A stretch of 64,000 bases of DNA from assembly GCA_963832165.1 (NCBI GenBank), contig CAWHTE010000003.1, positions 288,001 through 352,000 of the forward strand. Direction: 5' to 3'. Below the pieces are notes generated by a model that was given only the letters and a program-made list of their open reading frames with translations, did not search any database and was not told the origin of the DNA. Within the stretch, counting starts at the first letter, position 1; each line of letters starts with the position of its first letter. Origin of the DNA: an uncultured delta proteobacterium. Its GTDB lineage: Bacteria; Myxococcota_A; UBA9160; SMWR01. The position numbers were made by a program, and so were the translations under genes. This document shows positions 29,103 through 38,796 of the stretch, piece after piece.

Positions 29103-29805
29103 CCCGCTGCTCGAGGCGCGCGAAGTGCGCCGCTCGTTCGCAACCGGAGACGGCAAGATCGACGTGCTGCGCGGCGTCGATCTCGTGATCCGCGAGCGCG
29201 AGCGGATCGCGATCGTCGGCAGCTCCGGCGTCGGCAAGTCGACCCTGCTGCACGTGCTGGGCACGCTCGACCGCCCGACCTCGGGCCAGATCTGGTTCGA
29301 CGGCGAGGACCTGTTCACGCGCGACTCGGCCGGGCTCGCGCGTTTCCGCAACCAGTCGCTCGGGTTCATCTTCCAGTTCCATCATCTGCTGCCCGAGTTC
29401 AACGCGTGCGAGAACGTGATGATGCCGGGCCTGCTCGGCGGCCAGCGCGCCTCCGAGATGCGCGAGCGCGCGCTGCGCCTGCTCGGGGAGGTCGGACTCG
29501 AGCACCGCGTGAACCACCCGGTGGGCAAGCTCTCGGGCGGCGAGCGCCAGCGCGTGGCGGTCGCGCGCGCGCTCGTGCTCGAGCCGCGCCTCGTGCTCGC
29601 GGACGAGCCGACCGGCAATCTCGACCCGAAGACCGCAGATCAGGTGCTCGAGCTGCTGCTCGAGATGAACCGCGTGCACGGCACCGCGCTCGTGGTGGTG
29701 ACGCACAGCCCCGAGCTCGCGCTGCGGCTCGGGCGGCGCGTCGAGCTGGTCGACGGCTATCTCGTCGAGGGCGAATCCGGCGCGGGCCTCGGATTGCCTG
29801 CCTGA
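29095..29805 (+). CDS. lolD: Lipoprotein-releasing ABC ATPase LolD
   Basis: [39 protein letters not shown]. Confidence 0.93.
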   Translation: MSSPLLEAREVRRSFATGDGKIDVLRGVDLVIRERERIAIVGSSGVGKSTLLHVLGTLDRPTSGQIWFDGEDLFTRDSAGLARFRNQSLGFIFQFHHLLPEFNACENVMMPGLLGGQRASEMRERALRLLGEVGLEHRVNHPVGKLSGGERQRVAVARALVLEPRLVLADEPTGNLDPKTADQVLELLLEMNRVHGTALVVVTHSPELALRLGRRVELVDGYLVEGESGAGLGLPA

Positions 29806-29884
29806 GTCTTGTATCCGGCCCGGGCGGATCTTAGAGTCCGGCGCGTCCCCGCCCAGGCAGCAGCGACCAGCGATCAGGAGCGAG

Positions 29885-32800
29885 TTGGAGGATCGGGTGC
29901 GCTCACATCGCGCCGGCCGCGCGCCCCGCGGTTCGTGGCCCGCCCTGCTCGCCGGAATTGCGATCGGGCTCGCGGCGTTGGATGCCTCTGCACAGCCCGC
30001 GGACCCCGAGCCGCCCGCCGGCGCGGCGCCGGGTCCCGCGCCGCGTGTCGCGGTGTTCACGTTCGCAGTCCAGAGCGCGGAGGCGGGTCCCGAGCTCGGC
30101 GGTCAGCTCGCGCGCGAGCTCGCCGCGATCCTCGCCGAGGACCGACGCGTTGCCGTGGTGGACGAGGCCGTCCGCCGCGAGACCCCCGAGCCCGCACCCG
30201 GGGAGACGCGCGACGCGGCGCTGCGCCGCGCGGGCGCCGAGCTCGGCGCGGACTACCTGGTGACGGGCACCGCCACGCAGCTCGTGCGCGGCGGCGGCGT
30301 CGATCTCGCGGTGCGCCTCACGGGACGCGATCCGGGTGGGCGCAGCGATACCCAGGTGTTGACCGCGCGCGCGCTGGGCGAGCTCACGGGCCGGCTCTCC
30401 GAGGTCGCGGAGCGGATCATCGCGCAGGTGGTGGGGACGCCACCCGCGCGCGTCGTCTCGGTGGAGATCACGGGCGCCCCCGGCTTCGAAGACGACCTGG
30501 CCTCGCGCCTCACCACGCGCGCGGGGCAGCCCTACGATCCGCAAGCGGTGCGCGAGGACCTCACCACGCTCCGCGGCAGCGCGGCGATCATCTCCGCACA
30601 GGCGCGCACCGAGCGCACGCCCGCGGGCGTGGTGGTGCGCTTCGACGTCGTGCTCGCGGACCCGACCGCGCGCCGGCGCGAAGCCGGCGAGCCGATCGCG
30701 CAGGTCGAAGTACGCGGCAACCGTCGGATCGATGCCGACGCGATCCGCGGCCGGATCGGCTCGAAGGCGGGCGCGCCGCTCAACGCGGCTCAGATCGCCA
30801 AGGACATCGAGGAGGTCCACAAGCTCGGCTTCTTCAAGAACGTGCAGGCCAAACGCGAGACGACCGCAGCGGGAATTGCGGTGGTGTTCGAGGTCGAAGA
30901 GAACCCGCTCGTGCGCCAGATCTCGATCTCGGGCAACGAGAACATCGAGAGCGACAAGATTCGCGAGGCGCTCACGCTCGCGACCGGCTCGACGCTCGAC
31001 TATCCGCTGCTGTTCGAGAACCGCCGGCGCATCGAGACGCTCTACCGCGCGCAGGGCTACTACCTCGCGAAGGTGAACTTCGAGATCGAGCCGCTCGGCG
31101 AGTCGGCGGTCGGGATCCATTTCGACGTGAGCGAGGGCGACAAGCTCAAGCTGCGCGAGATCGACTTCACGGGCAACGATCACTTCGACGACGACGAGCT
31201 CTCGGAGGGCTTCCAGACCAAGATCTGGCACTTCTGGTCCTACGCCACCTCGTGGTTCGACAACTCGGGGACGTACTCGGAGCCGCTCTTCCTCCAGGAT
31301 CTGCGCCACGTCGAGCGCAAGTACGGCGACGCGGGCTATCTGCAGCTCAACGTCGGCGAGCCGCAGGTGGTCCCCGAGGAGGACGGCCTGATCGTGCGCG
31401 TCGCATTGCGCGAGGGCGATCAGTTCCGCGTCGGGAAGATCGACGTCACGGGCGATTCGACCGTCGACATCGACGCGCTGCAGGACAAGCTCAAGCTCCA
31501 GAGCGACGACGTGTTCAACCGCAGCTATTTGAACGACGACATCGCCGCGCTCACCGAGCACTACCAGGATCGCGGGTTCTACTTCGCGCAGGTCACGCCG
31601 CTCTCGAATCTCTCCGAGACCACCGATCGCGTCGACGTCGCGTTCGACGTGCGCAAGGGCCCGCTCTACTTCATCCGCCGGATCGAGGTCGGCGGCAACT
31701 CGGTGACGATCGATCCGGTGGTCCGGCGCGAGATTCCGATCGCCGAGGGGCAGCTCTACTCGCAGCGCAAGGTCCAGATCGCGCGCCAGCGCGTCGAGCG
31801 GCTCGGCTATTTCGAAGAGGTCGACTTCCAGATCGAGCCGACCGATGCGCCCGACCAGCTCGACCTCAAGGTCTCGGTGGTGGAGCGCCCGACCGGCTCG
31901 TTCAGCTTCGGCGCCGGCTATTCGTCGCAGGACGGCGCGATCATCACGGGGTCGCTCTCGCAGGCCAATCTGTTCGGGCGCGGCTACTCCGCGAACATCT
32001 CGCTCGACTACGGCCGCCGGTCGCAGCGCTTCTTCATCAACATCGCCGATCCCTACTTCCTCGGCTCTACCTACAGCCTGTCGACGACGCTCTCGCGCAC
32101 GAGCCTCGACTACGAGGACTTCGAGCAGGAGCAGTCCGGTATCGACGTCGTGCTCGGCCATACGCTCAACGAGGAGGGCACCACGCGCGGCTTCCTGCGC
32201 TACGGGTTCGATCTGCGCAATCTCGAGGACGACCGCAACGTGAACGCCGCGGGGCTGATCCTGCGCGAGATCCTCCAGGACGACGTCTCGAGCAGCGTGG
32301 TGGGCGTGTCGGTGATCTCGGATACGCGCGACGATCGGCTCGCTCCGACGGCGGGACACCAGATCGGCGGCTCGCTCGAGGGCTCCGGAATCGGCGGCTT
32401 CTCGCGCTTCGCCCGGCTCGAGGGGCGCGCGGTGTACTTCCTCGGGGCGCCGAACTGGCTGTTCGACCGGTCGAGCTTCGTGGTGGCGGTGCGCGCGGGC
32501 TGGGCGGTCCCGTTCAACCAGATCGGCGACTTCGACACCTTCAATCCGCTGGCCATCGACGCGACGCTGCTCGCGACGAGTCCCCAGTTCCGCCGCCTCG
32601 AAGACGTCGACGACGACCTCACGCTGCCGCTCACCGAGCGCTATTTCCTCGGCGGTCTCGGGCAATTCCAGCTGCGCGGGTTCAAGGCGCGTTCGGTCGG
32701 ACCGCGGCGCGCGATCCTGCGCCAGATCGGCGGCAACGTCTTCGCGCCGGTCGGCTACAACGCGCTCACGGGTCAGTGCGAAGACTTCGGCTCCAACTTC

Positions 32801-33169
32801 GTCTTCGGCGGCAATCTCGACGGCGAGTGCAACGACATCAACGATCGCGACGTCGACGACTTCGAGGATCTCGACGAGACCGACGTGATCGGAGGCAACA
32901 AGTTCTCCTCGGCGAGCTTCGAGTATCGCTTCCCGATCTCGGAGACGATCGGTCTCCAGGGCGTGGCGTTCATCGACATGGGCAACGCCTTCGACGAGCG
33001 CCAGTGGAACCTGTTTGACGTTACCGAGTGGCGCTACGGTACGGGCGCGGGCGTCCAATGGTTCTCGCCTTTCGGACCTCTCGCGGTCGTGTTGGGGTTC
33101 CCGCTGGACCGGCTCTCCGTGGAAAAATCTCCGGTCTTCGAGTTCTCCATCGGCGGTTCGGCGTTCTAG
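29885..33169 (+). CDS. bamA: Outer membrane protein assembly factor BamA with N-terminal extension
   Basis: POTRA repeats, ERPTGSFSFGAGYS, LRGF, WFSPFGPL, terminal Phe. Confidence 0.95.
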   Translation: MEDRVRSHRAGRAPRGSWPALLAGIAIGLAALDASAQPADPEPPAGAAPGPAPRVAVFTFAVQSAEAGPELGGQLARELAAILAEDRRVAVVDEAVRRETPEPAPGETRDAALRRAGAELGADYLVTGTATQLVRGGGVDLAVRLTGRDPGGRSDTQVLTARALGELTGRLSEVAERIIAQVVGTPPARVVSVEITGAPGFEDDLASRLTTRAGQPYDPQAVREDLTTLRGSAAIISAQARTERTPAGVVVRFDVVLADPTARRREAGEPIAQVEVRGNRRIDADAIRGRIGSKAGAPLNAAQIAKDIEEVHKLGFFKNVQAKRETTAAGIAVVFEVEENPLVRQISISGNENIESDKIREALTLATGSTLDYPLLFENRRRIETLYRAQGYYLAKVNFEIEPLGESAVGIHFDVSEGDKLKLREIDFTGNDHFDDDELSEGFQTKIWHFWSYATSWFDNSGTYSEPLFLQDLRHVERKYGDAGYLQLNVGEPQVVPEEDGLIVRVALREGDQFRVGKIDVTGDSTVDIDALQDKLKLQSDDVFNRSYLNDDIAALTEHYQDRGFYFAQVTPLSNLSETTDRVDVAFDVRKGPLYFIRRIEVGGNSVTIDPVVRREIPIAEGQLYSQRKVQIARQRVERLGYFEEVDFQIEPTDAPDQLDLKVSVVERPTGSFSFGAGYSSQDGAIITGSLSQANLFGRGYSANISLDYGRRSQRFFINIADPYFLGSTYSLSTTLSRTSLDYEDFEQEQSGIDVVLGHTLNEEGTTRGFLRYGFDLRNLEDDRNVNAAGLILREILQDDVSSSVVGVSVISDTRDDRLAPTAGHQIGGSLEGSGIGGFSRFARLEGRAVYFLGAPNWLFDRSSFVVAVRAGWAVPFNQIGDFDTFNPLAIDATLLATSPQFRRLEDVDDDLTLPLTERYFLGGLGQFQLRGFKARSVGPRRAILRQIGGNVFAPVGYNALTGQCEDFGSNFVFGGNLDGECNDINDRDVDDFEDLDETDVIGGNKFSSASFEYRFPISETIGLQGVAFIDMGNAFDERQWNLFDVTEWRYGTGAGVQWFSPFGPLAVVLGFPLDRLSVEKSPVFEFSIGGSAF

Positions 33170-33276
33170 CGCGGCCCGGGCGATCCCACGGGGAGCCACA
33201 GCCCGGAATGAGCGATATGTTCGCGCGGTTCAGCGGCCCGCCGCGGCAGATCTCGGTTGGGTGGAGAGGGGGAAAC

Positions 33277-33798
33277 ATGCAGATCCACAAGGCTTTCGTG
33301 CTACTCGCGCTCGCGGCGATCCTGGTCTGGGGCACCGCTGCACAAGACGACGGGATCAAGATCGGCATCGTCGACATCGATCAGGCGATCAGCTCGACCA
33401 CCGAGGGCAAGGCGGCGCGCGAGGAGTTCGCCCGCAAGCAGCGCGAGGCCGAGTCGAAGATCCAGCCCATGATCGAGAAGTATCAGGGGCTCGAAGAGGA
33501 TCTGAAGCAGAAGAAGTTCGTGCTCTCCGACGAGGCGCTGTTCCAGAAGCAGCTCGACCTCGCGCAGATGCGCAACGAGATCGAGACCAAGATGAAGGAG
33601 CTCGAGGGCCAGCTCCAGCTCGATCAGAAGCGGCTCGAAGGGCCGCTCACCAAGAAGCTCGTGGACGTGATCGAGGGAGCGGGCAAGGAGGCGGGCTTCA
33701 CGATGATCCTGCGCCGCGGCTCGCCGGGTCTGCTCTACACCCGCGAAGCGCTCGACATCACGGACCTGATCATCAAGAAGTACAACCAGAAGAGCTGA
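33277..33798 (+). CDS. skp: Skp/OmpH periplasmic chaperone
   Basis: Signal peptide, KIGIVDI, coiled coil, DITDLII; follows bamA. Confidence 0.9.
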   Translation: MQIHKAFVLLALAAILVWGTAAQDDGIKIGIVDIDQAISSTTEGKAAREEFARKQREAESKIQPMIEKYQGLEEDLKQKKFVLSDEALFQKQLDLAQMRNEIETKMKELEGQLQLDQKRLEGPLTKKLVDVIEGAGKEAGFTMILRRGSPGLLYTREALDITDLIIKKYNQKS

Positions 33799-33806
33799 GT
33801 CGAGCC

Positions 33807-34583
33807 GTGCCGAACATCCATCCGACGGCGGTCGTCGATCCGGGGGCGAAGCTCGCCGACGACGTCACGGTCGGAGCGCTCTCGACGATCGGGAGCGAGG
33901 TCGAGATCGGCCCGGGCGTCGAGATCGGGCCGCAGGTGTGCATCACGGGCCGCACGCGGATCGGCGCGCGCACGCGGATCTTCCCGTTCGCAGCGATCGG
34001 GCTCACGCCCCAGGTGCTCGGCTTCGACGGCCGCGCTGGCGAGCTCGTGATCGGCGAGGACAACGAGATCCGCGAGCACGTCTCGATCCACGTCGGACTC
34101 CCCGACCACGGCGGCGTCACCTCGCTCGGTCACCACAATCTGATCCAGAACGGTTTCCACATCGCCCACGACTGCCAGATCGGCAACTACTGCGTGTTCG
34201 CGGGCATGAGCGGGTTCGCCGGGCACTGCATCGTGGAGGACTTCGCCGTGGTGGGCGCGATGTCGGGGGTCCACCAGTTCGTGCGGATCGGCGAGTCTGC
34301 GTTCACGGCCGCCAACTCGATCGCGACCAAGGACGTCCCGCCGTTCGCAAGGGTCGCGGGTGACCGCGCGCGCTTCGTCGGTATCAACACGATCAACCTG
34401 GAGCGGCGCGGCTTCGACAAGGAGCGGATCGCCACGATCAAGCACGCCTACCATCTGCTGTTCCAGTCGAAGCTCCAGTTCGAAGAGGCGTGCAAACGCG
34501 TGGAAAGCGAATGCGGCGGATCGCGCGACGTGCAGCACCTGCTCGGGTTCCTGCGCTCGTCCGAACGCGGATTCATCCGCTAA
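33807..34583 (+). CDS. lpxA: Acyl-ACP--UDP-N-acetylglucosamine acyltransferase
   Basis: IHPTAVVDPGA, hexapeptide repeats, HIAHDC, VHQFVRIG, KDVPPF. Confidence 0.95.
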   Translation: MPNIHPTAVVDPGAKLADDVTVGALSTIGSEVEIGPGVEIGPQVCITGRTRIGARTRIFPFAAIGLTPQVLGFDGRAGELVIGEDNEIREHVSIHVGLPDHGGVTSLGHHNLIQNGFHIAHDCQIGNYCVFAGMSGFAGHCIVEDFAVVGAMSGVHQFVRIGESAFTAANSIATKDVPPFARVAGDRARFVGINTINLERRGFDKERIATIKHAYHLLFQSKLQFEEACKRVESECGGSRDVQHLLGFLRSSERGFIR

Positions 34584-34587
34584 GAGC

Positions 34588-35430
34588 ATGTCGCAGCCCG
34601 GCTCGGGCGAGATTCTCGGCTTGATCGCGGGCCAGGGGGCATTCCCCCTGGAGGTCGCGCGCATGGCGCAGCGGCGCGGCGTGCGCGTGGCGTGCGTGGC
34701 GCTGCGCGAACAGGCGCGCCCCGAGATCGAGAGCGCGGTCGAGTCGATCACCTGGATCTATCCGGGTGAGGTCGCGGCGGGGATCGCCGCGTTTCGCGCC
34801 GCGGGCGTGCGCGACGTGGTGATGGCCGGCAAAGTCGGCAAGAGCGATCTGTTCTCGAATCCGGACGCGCTGCGTCTCGACGCGAGCGCCGCGGGGTTGA
34901 TGAACGACCTCGCCGACCGCAAGGACGACTCGATCCTCGGCAAGCTGGCCGATTTCCTCGAGGCGGTCGGTCTGCGCCTCTTGCCGCAGTACGCGCTGAC
35001 GCCGGAGCTGCTGGTGGCCGAGGGAGTGCTCACGCGCACGCAGCCCAGCGACGCGCAGCGCGCCGACATCGCATTCGGGTTTCCGATCGCCAAGGCGATC
35101 GGCGATCTCGACATCGGCCAGACGGTCGTGGTGAAGGACCGCGCCGTGCTCGCCGTGGAGGCGATCGAGGGCACCGACGCCGCGATCCGTCGCGCCGGCG
35201 CGATCGCCGCGGGCGCGTGCGCCGTGAAGGTGGCGAAGCCGAGCCAGGACCCGCGCTTCGACGTGCCGACGATCGGGCCCGCAACGGTCGCGGTGCTCGC
35301 GGAGGCGAAGATTGCGGTGCTCGCGATCGAGGCCGGCGCCACCGTGGTGCTCGAGCGCGATGCGGTCGTGCGCGAGGCTGACGCGCACGGGATCGCGATC
35401 GTGGCGGTGCGTGCAGGAGGTGTCGCATGA
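34588..35430 (+). CDS. lpxI: UDP-2,3-diacylglucosamine diphosphatase LpxI
   Basis: GLIAGQGAFP, DIGQTVVV, AVEAIEGTD, KPSQDPRFDVPTIG. Confidence 0.93.
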   Translation: MSQPGSGEILGLIAGQGAFPLEVARMAQRRGVRVACVALREQARPEIESAVESITWIYPGEVAAGIAAFRAAGVRDVVMAGKVGKSDLFSNPDALRLDASAAGLMNDLADRKDDSILGKLADFLEAVGLRLLPQYALTPELLVAEGVLTRTQPSDAQRADIAFGFPIAKAIGDLDIGQTVVVKDRAVLAVEAIEGTDAAIRRAGAIAAGACAVKVAKPSQDPRFDVPTIGPATVAVLAEAKIAVLAIEAGATVVLERDAVVREADAHGIAIVAVRAGGVA

Positions 35431-36392
35431 GCGCGCTGCGGATCGCGGTGATCGGCGCAGGGGTGATGGGCGGGCATCACGCGCGCAAAGTGCGCGACCG
35501 CGCGCACCGCGAGGGCGACGTCGCGTTGTCCGGGATCTGTGACGTCGACTTCGAACGCGCGCGCGTGCTCGCGGGTAGCGTCGGCGCGCCTGCGGTCGAG
35601 AAGCCGACTGAGCTGTTCGCGGGCGCGGACGCGGCGATCGTCGCGGTGTCGGCCGTCGCGCACTACGAGGTGGCGCGCCGCGCGCTCGAAGCGGGCCTCG
35701 ACGTGCTCGTCGAGAAACCGATCGCCGCCACGCTCGAAGAGGCCGAGACGCTCGTGGCGCTCGCGGCGAGCCGCGAGCGCGTGCTCCAGGTTGGACACCA
35801 GGAGTGGTTCAACGCGGCGATGCGCGTGGTGCGCGAGCAGATCGATCGCCCGCGATTCGCCGAGATCCACCGGCTCGGGCCGTTCCCGGAGCGCGGGACC
35901 GACGTGGACGTCGTACGCGACCTGATGATCCACGACATCGAGATCCTGCAGCAGCTGCTCGGCGCCGAGCCGGAGCGCGTGGATGCGGTGGGGGTCGAGG
36001 TGCTCACGGATCAAGTCGACATCGCGAACGCGCGGCTCGCGTTCCCGGGCACCTGCATCGCGAACCTGACCGCGAGCCGCGTCTCGGCCGCGCCGATGCG
36101 CAAGTTCCGGCTGTTCCAGCGCGACGCCTACTTCTCGATCGACTTCCTGGCCCAGAAGGCGATGCTGTTCCGGCGCGTACCGACGCCGGACGGCGGCAAG
36201 AAGATCGAGATGCAGGCGCTCGATACCGACCCCGAGGACGCGCTCGCGGCGCAGCTCGATGTGTTCGTCTCGGGCGTGCGCCGCCGCAGCGCCGAAGGCC
36301 TGCCCGGCGTCACGGGTGCGCAGGCGGCGTCCGCGCTGCGCACCGCGCTGCGCGTGATCGACGCGATGCCGGATACCGACAACCTCGAATGA
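35427..36392 (+). CDS. Gfo/Idh/MocA oxidoreductase (GnnA-like)
   Basis: GAGVMG, EKP, DVVRDLMIHD, ANARL, TASRVS; lies between lpxI and lpxB. Confidence 0.85.
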   Translation: MSALRIAVIGAGVMGGHHARKVRDRAHREGDVALSGICDVDFERARVLAGSVGAPAVEKPTELFAGADAAIVAVSAVAHYEVARRALEAGLDVLVEKPIAATLEEAETLVALAASRERVLQVGHQEWFNAAMRVVREQIDRPRFAEIHRLGPFPERGTDVDVVRDLMIHDIEILQQLLGAEPERVDAVGVEVLTDQVDIANARLAFPGTCIANLTASRVSAAPMRKFRLFQRDAYFSIDFLAQKAMLFRRVPTPDGGKKIEMQALDTDPEDALAAQLDVFVSGVRRRSAEGLPGVTGAQAASALRTALRVIDAMPDTDNLE

Positions 36393-37555
36393 GCACGGTC
36401 CTGCTATCCGTGGGCGACGCCTCGGGCGACGTCTACGCCAGCGACTTCGTGCGCGAGCTGCGCGCGCGCATACCCGACGCGCGCTTCCTGGGACTCGGCG
36501 GGGCCGAGATGGAGAAGGCCGGCGTCGAGCTGGTCGTGCACCAGCGCGAAGTCGCGGTGAGCGGGTTGTTCGAGCTGATCCCCGACCTGCATCGGATCGT
36601 CAGCGCATGGCGGCGCATGACCGCCGCGCTGCGCGAGGTTCGCCCCGACCTCGTGGTGTTGGTCGACTCGTCGGGCTTCAACATCCCGTTCGCGCGCCGC
36701 GCGCGCCGGCTCGGCTGTCCGACGCTCTACTACGTCTCGCCCCAGGTGTGGGCGTGGCGCACCGGGCGCATCCGCAAGCTCGCGCGCTGGGTGAACCAGC
36801 TCGCCGTGATCTTTCCGTTCGAGCCGGCCGTCTACGAGGGGACGCGCGTGCCCGTCGAGTACGTGGGGCATCCACTCGTGGAGCGGCTCGCGCGTGTGAC
36901 CGCGAGCGTCGATCGAGAGAGCGCGCGCCGCGAGCTCGGCCTGCCCGCGTCCGCGCGCATCGTGGCGCTCCTGCCGGGGAGCCGCGGCAGCGAGCTGCGC
37001 TACGTGCTGCCGCTGCAGCTCGAGGTGGCGCGCGTGCTGCACGCGCGCGACCCGCGCATCCACTTCATCCTGCCGCGCGCCGCATCGCTCGCGCGCGAGA
37101 CGGTCGAGGCGGGCATTCGCGCTGCACATCTGCCCTCGCTGCTGCATGTCGACGTGCTCGACGGCCGCTCGCAGGTCGCGATGCGCGCGGCCGACGTCGC
37201 ACTGCTCAAGCCCGGCACCTCGACGCTCGAGGCCGCGCTGCTCGACTGCCCGATCGTCGTGGCCGCGCGCACCAACCCCCTCACGGCGTGGATCCTGCGC
37301 CGACTCGTTCGCGTCGAGACGCTCACGATGCCCAATCTGATCGCGGGCGAGGCGATCGTGCCCGAGTTCCTACAAAACGACGCGCGCCCCGAGGCGGTTG
37401 CAGACGCGGTCCTCGCGCTGCTCGAAGGGCCCGCGCGCGACGCGCAGCGCGCGCGGCTGGCCGTCGTGCGTCAGACGCTCGCCAAGGGCGGCGCTGCGGC
37501 GCGCGCCGCCGAGATCGCGGCGGGGATGATGGGTGGTGGGCGTCTTCCGGCATAG
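36389..37555 (+). CDS. lpxB: Lipid-A-disaccharide synthase
   Basis: GDASGD, YYVSPQVWAWR, IFPFE, YVGHPL, LPGSR, PEFLQ. Confidence 0.96.
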   Translation: MSTVLLSVGDASGDVYASDFVRELRARIPDARFLGLGGAEMEKAGVELVVHQREVAVSGLFELIPDLHRIVSAWRRMTAALREVRPDLVVLVDSSGFNIPFARRARRLGCPTLYYVSPQVWAWRTGRIRKLARWVNQLAVIFPFEPAVYEGTRVPVEYVGHPLVERLARVTASVDRESARRELGLPASARIVALLPGSRGSELRYVLPLQLEVARVLHARDPRIHFILPRAASLARETVEAGIRAAHLPSLLHVDVLDGRSQVAMRAADVALLKPGTSTLEAALLDCPIVVAARTNPLTAWILRRLVRVETLTMPNLIAGEAIVPEFLQNDARPEAVADAVLALLEGPARDAQRARLAVVRQTLAKGGAAARAAEIAAGMMGGGRLPA

Positions 37556-38795
37556 CGCCGCGGCGCTCTCGGCCGCGCTCGCTGCGCCCGTGGCCGCGGG
37601 TGCGCTGGCGCTGCGCCCGCGCTGGCGCGCCGGGTGGCGCGAGCGGATCGGCGCGGGCCCGATCGCCGCGGATGCGCTCTGGATCCACGCCGCGAGCGTG
37701 GGCGAGGTGAGCGCATCGGCGCGGCTCGTCGAGCTCCTGCGCGCCCACGGTCGCGCGGTGATGCTCTCGACCACGAGTCCGACCGGACGCGCGCTGTGCG
37801 CGCAGCTGCATCCCGGGGTGGCGCACCGGCTCGCTCCGCTCGACCACCCGTGGTGTGTCGACGCGGTGATGCGACGCGCGCGCCCGCGCGCGCTCGTGCT
37901 CGTGGAGACGGAGCTCTGGCCGGTGTGGATCGCGGCGTGCGAGCGGCGCGGTGTGCCCGTGGTGGTGGTCTCGGGCCGGATCTCGGATCGCTCGCTGCCG
38001 CGCTATCGCTGGCTCGGTCCGTGGCTCGCAAACGCCTTCGCGCGGCTCTCCGCGATCGGCGCGCGCACCGAGCAGGACCGGGATCGCTTCGTCGCGCTCG
38101 GCGCCGATCCCGCTCGCGTGCGCGTGACCGGAGACCTCAAGCTCGATCCGCCCGACATACCGCGTCAGCTCGCACCCGATCTCGAGGCGTGGCTCGGCGA
38201 CGCACCCCTCGTGGTCGCGGGCAGCACGCATCCCGGCGAGGAGGAGGCGCTGCTCGCGGCGCAGCGCGCCTGGGAGCACGCGGGGCAGCGCGCGGCGCTG
38301 ATCCTCGCCCCGCGCCATCCCCAGCGCGCTGCCGAGGTGGTCGCGCTCGCGCAGCGCGCGGGCCGGCGCGCGCTGCTGCGCAGCGATCGCGGAGACGAGG
38401 TGCTCGCGGCGGGTGACGTCGGCGTGCTCGACACGATCGGCGAGCTCAGCGCGCTCTACGCGCGCGCGGCGATCGCGTACGTGGGCGGGACGCTGGTTCC
38501 GATCGGTGGACACAACGTGCTCGAGCCCGTCGCGGCGGGTACGCCCGTCGTGTACGGAGGCCAGATCGCCAACGCGCGACACGCGGCAGAGCTGCTCGAG
38601 TCCCTGGGCGCTGGCGAGCGCGTCGCGGACGCGGCCGCGCTCGCCGATGCGCTCACGGCCGCGCTCGCGGCTCCCGATGCCGCGCGCGCGCGCGGCGCGG
38701 CGGGCCGGGCCGCGCTCGCGGCGCACCGGGGCAGCAGCGAGCGATCCGCGGCGCTGATCGAAGAGGTGATCGGCGCTCGCGGAGCAGGGGGTTAG
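37533..38795 (+). CDS. waaA: Kdo transferase
   Basis: WIHAASVGE, ETELWP, TGDLKLD, GSTHPGEE, APRHP, DTIGEL, GGHNVLEP. Confidence 0.95.
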   Translation: MVGVFRHSAAALSAALAAPVAAGALALRPRWRAGWRERIGAGPIAADALWIHAASVGEVSASARLVELLRAHGRAVMLSTTSPTGRALCAQLHPGVAHRLAPLDHPWCVDAVMRRARPRALVLVETELWPVWIAACERRGVPVVVVSGRISDRSLPRYRWLGPWLANAFARLSAIGARTEQDRDRFVALGADPARVRVTGDLKLDPPDIPRQLAPDLEAWLGDAPLVVAGSTHPGEEEALLAAQRAWEHAGQRAALILAPRHPQRAAEVVALAQRAGRRALLRSDRGDEVLAAGDVGVLDTIGELSALYARAAIAYVGGTLVPIGGHNVLEPVAAGTPVVYGGQIANARHAAELLESLGAGERVADAAALADALTAALAAPDAARARGAAGRAALAAHRGSSERSAALIEEVIGARGAGG

Positions 38796-38796
38796 G

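Noticed and set aside
29903..33199. Very long antisense and alternate-frame ORFs (e.g. 29903-33199 minus, 13104-15980 minus, 23826-26714 minus)
   Set aside because: Shadow ORFs of real genes in high-GC DNA; Arg/Ala-rich with no recognisable motifs.
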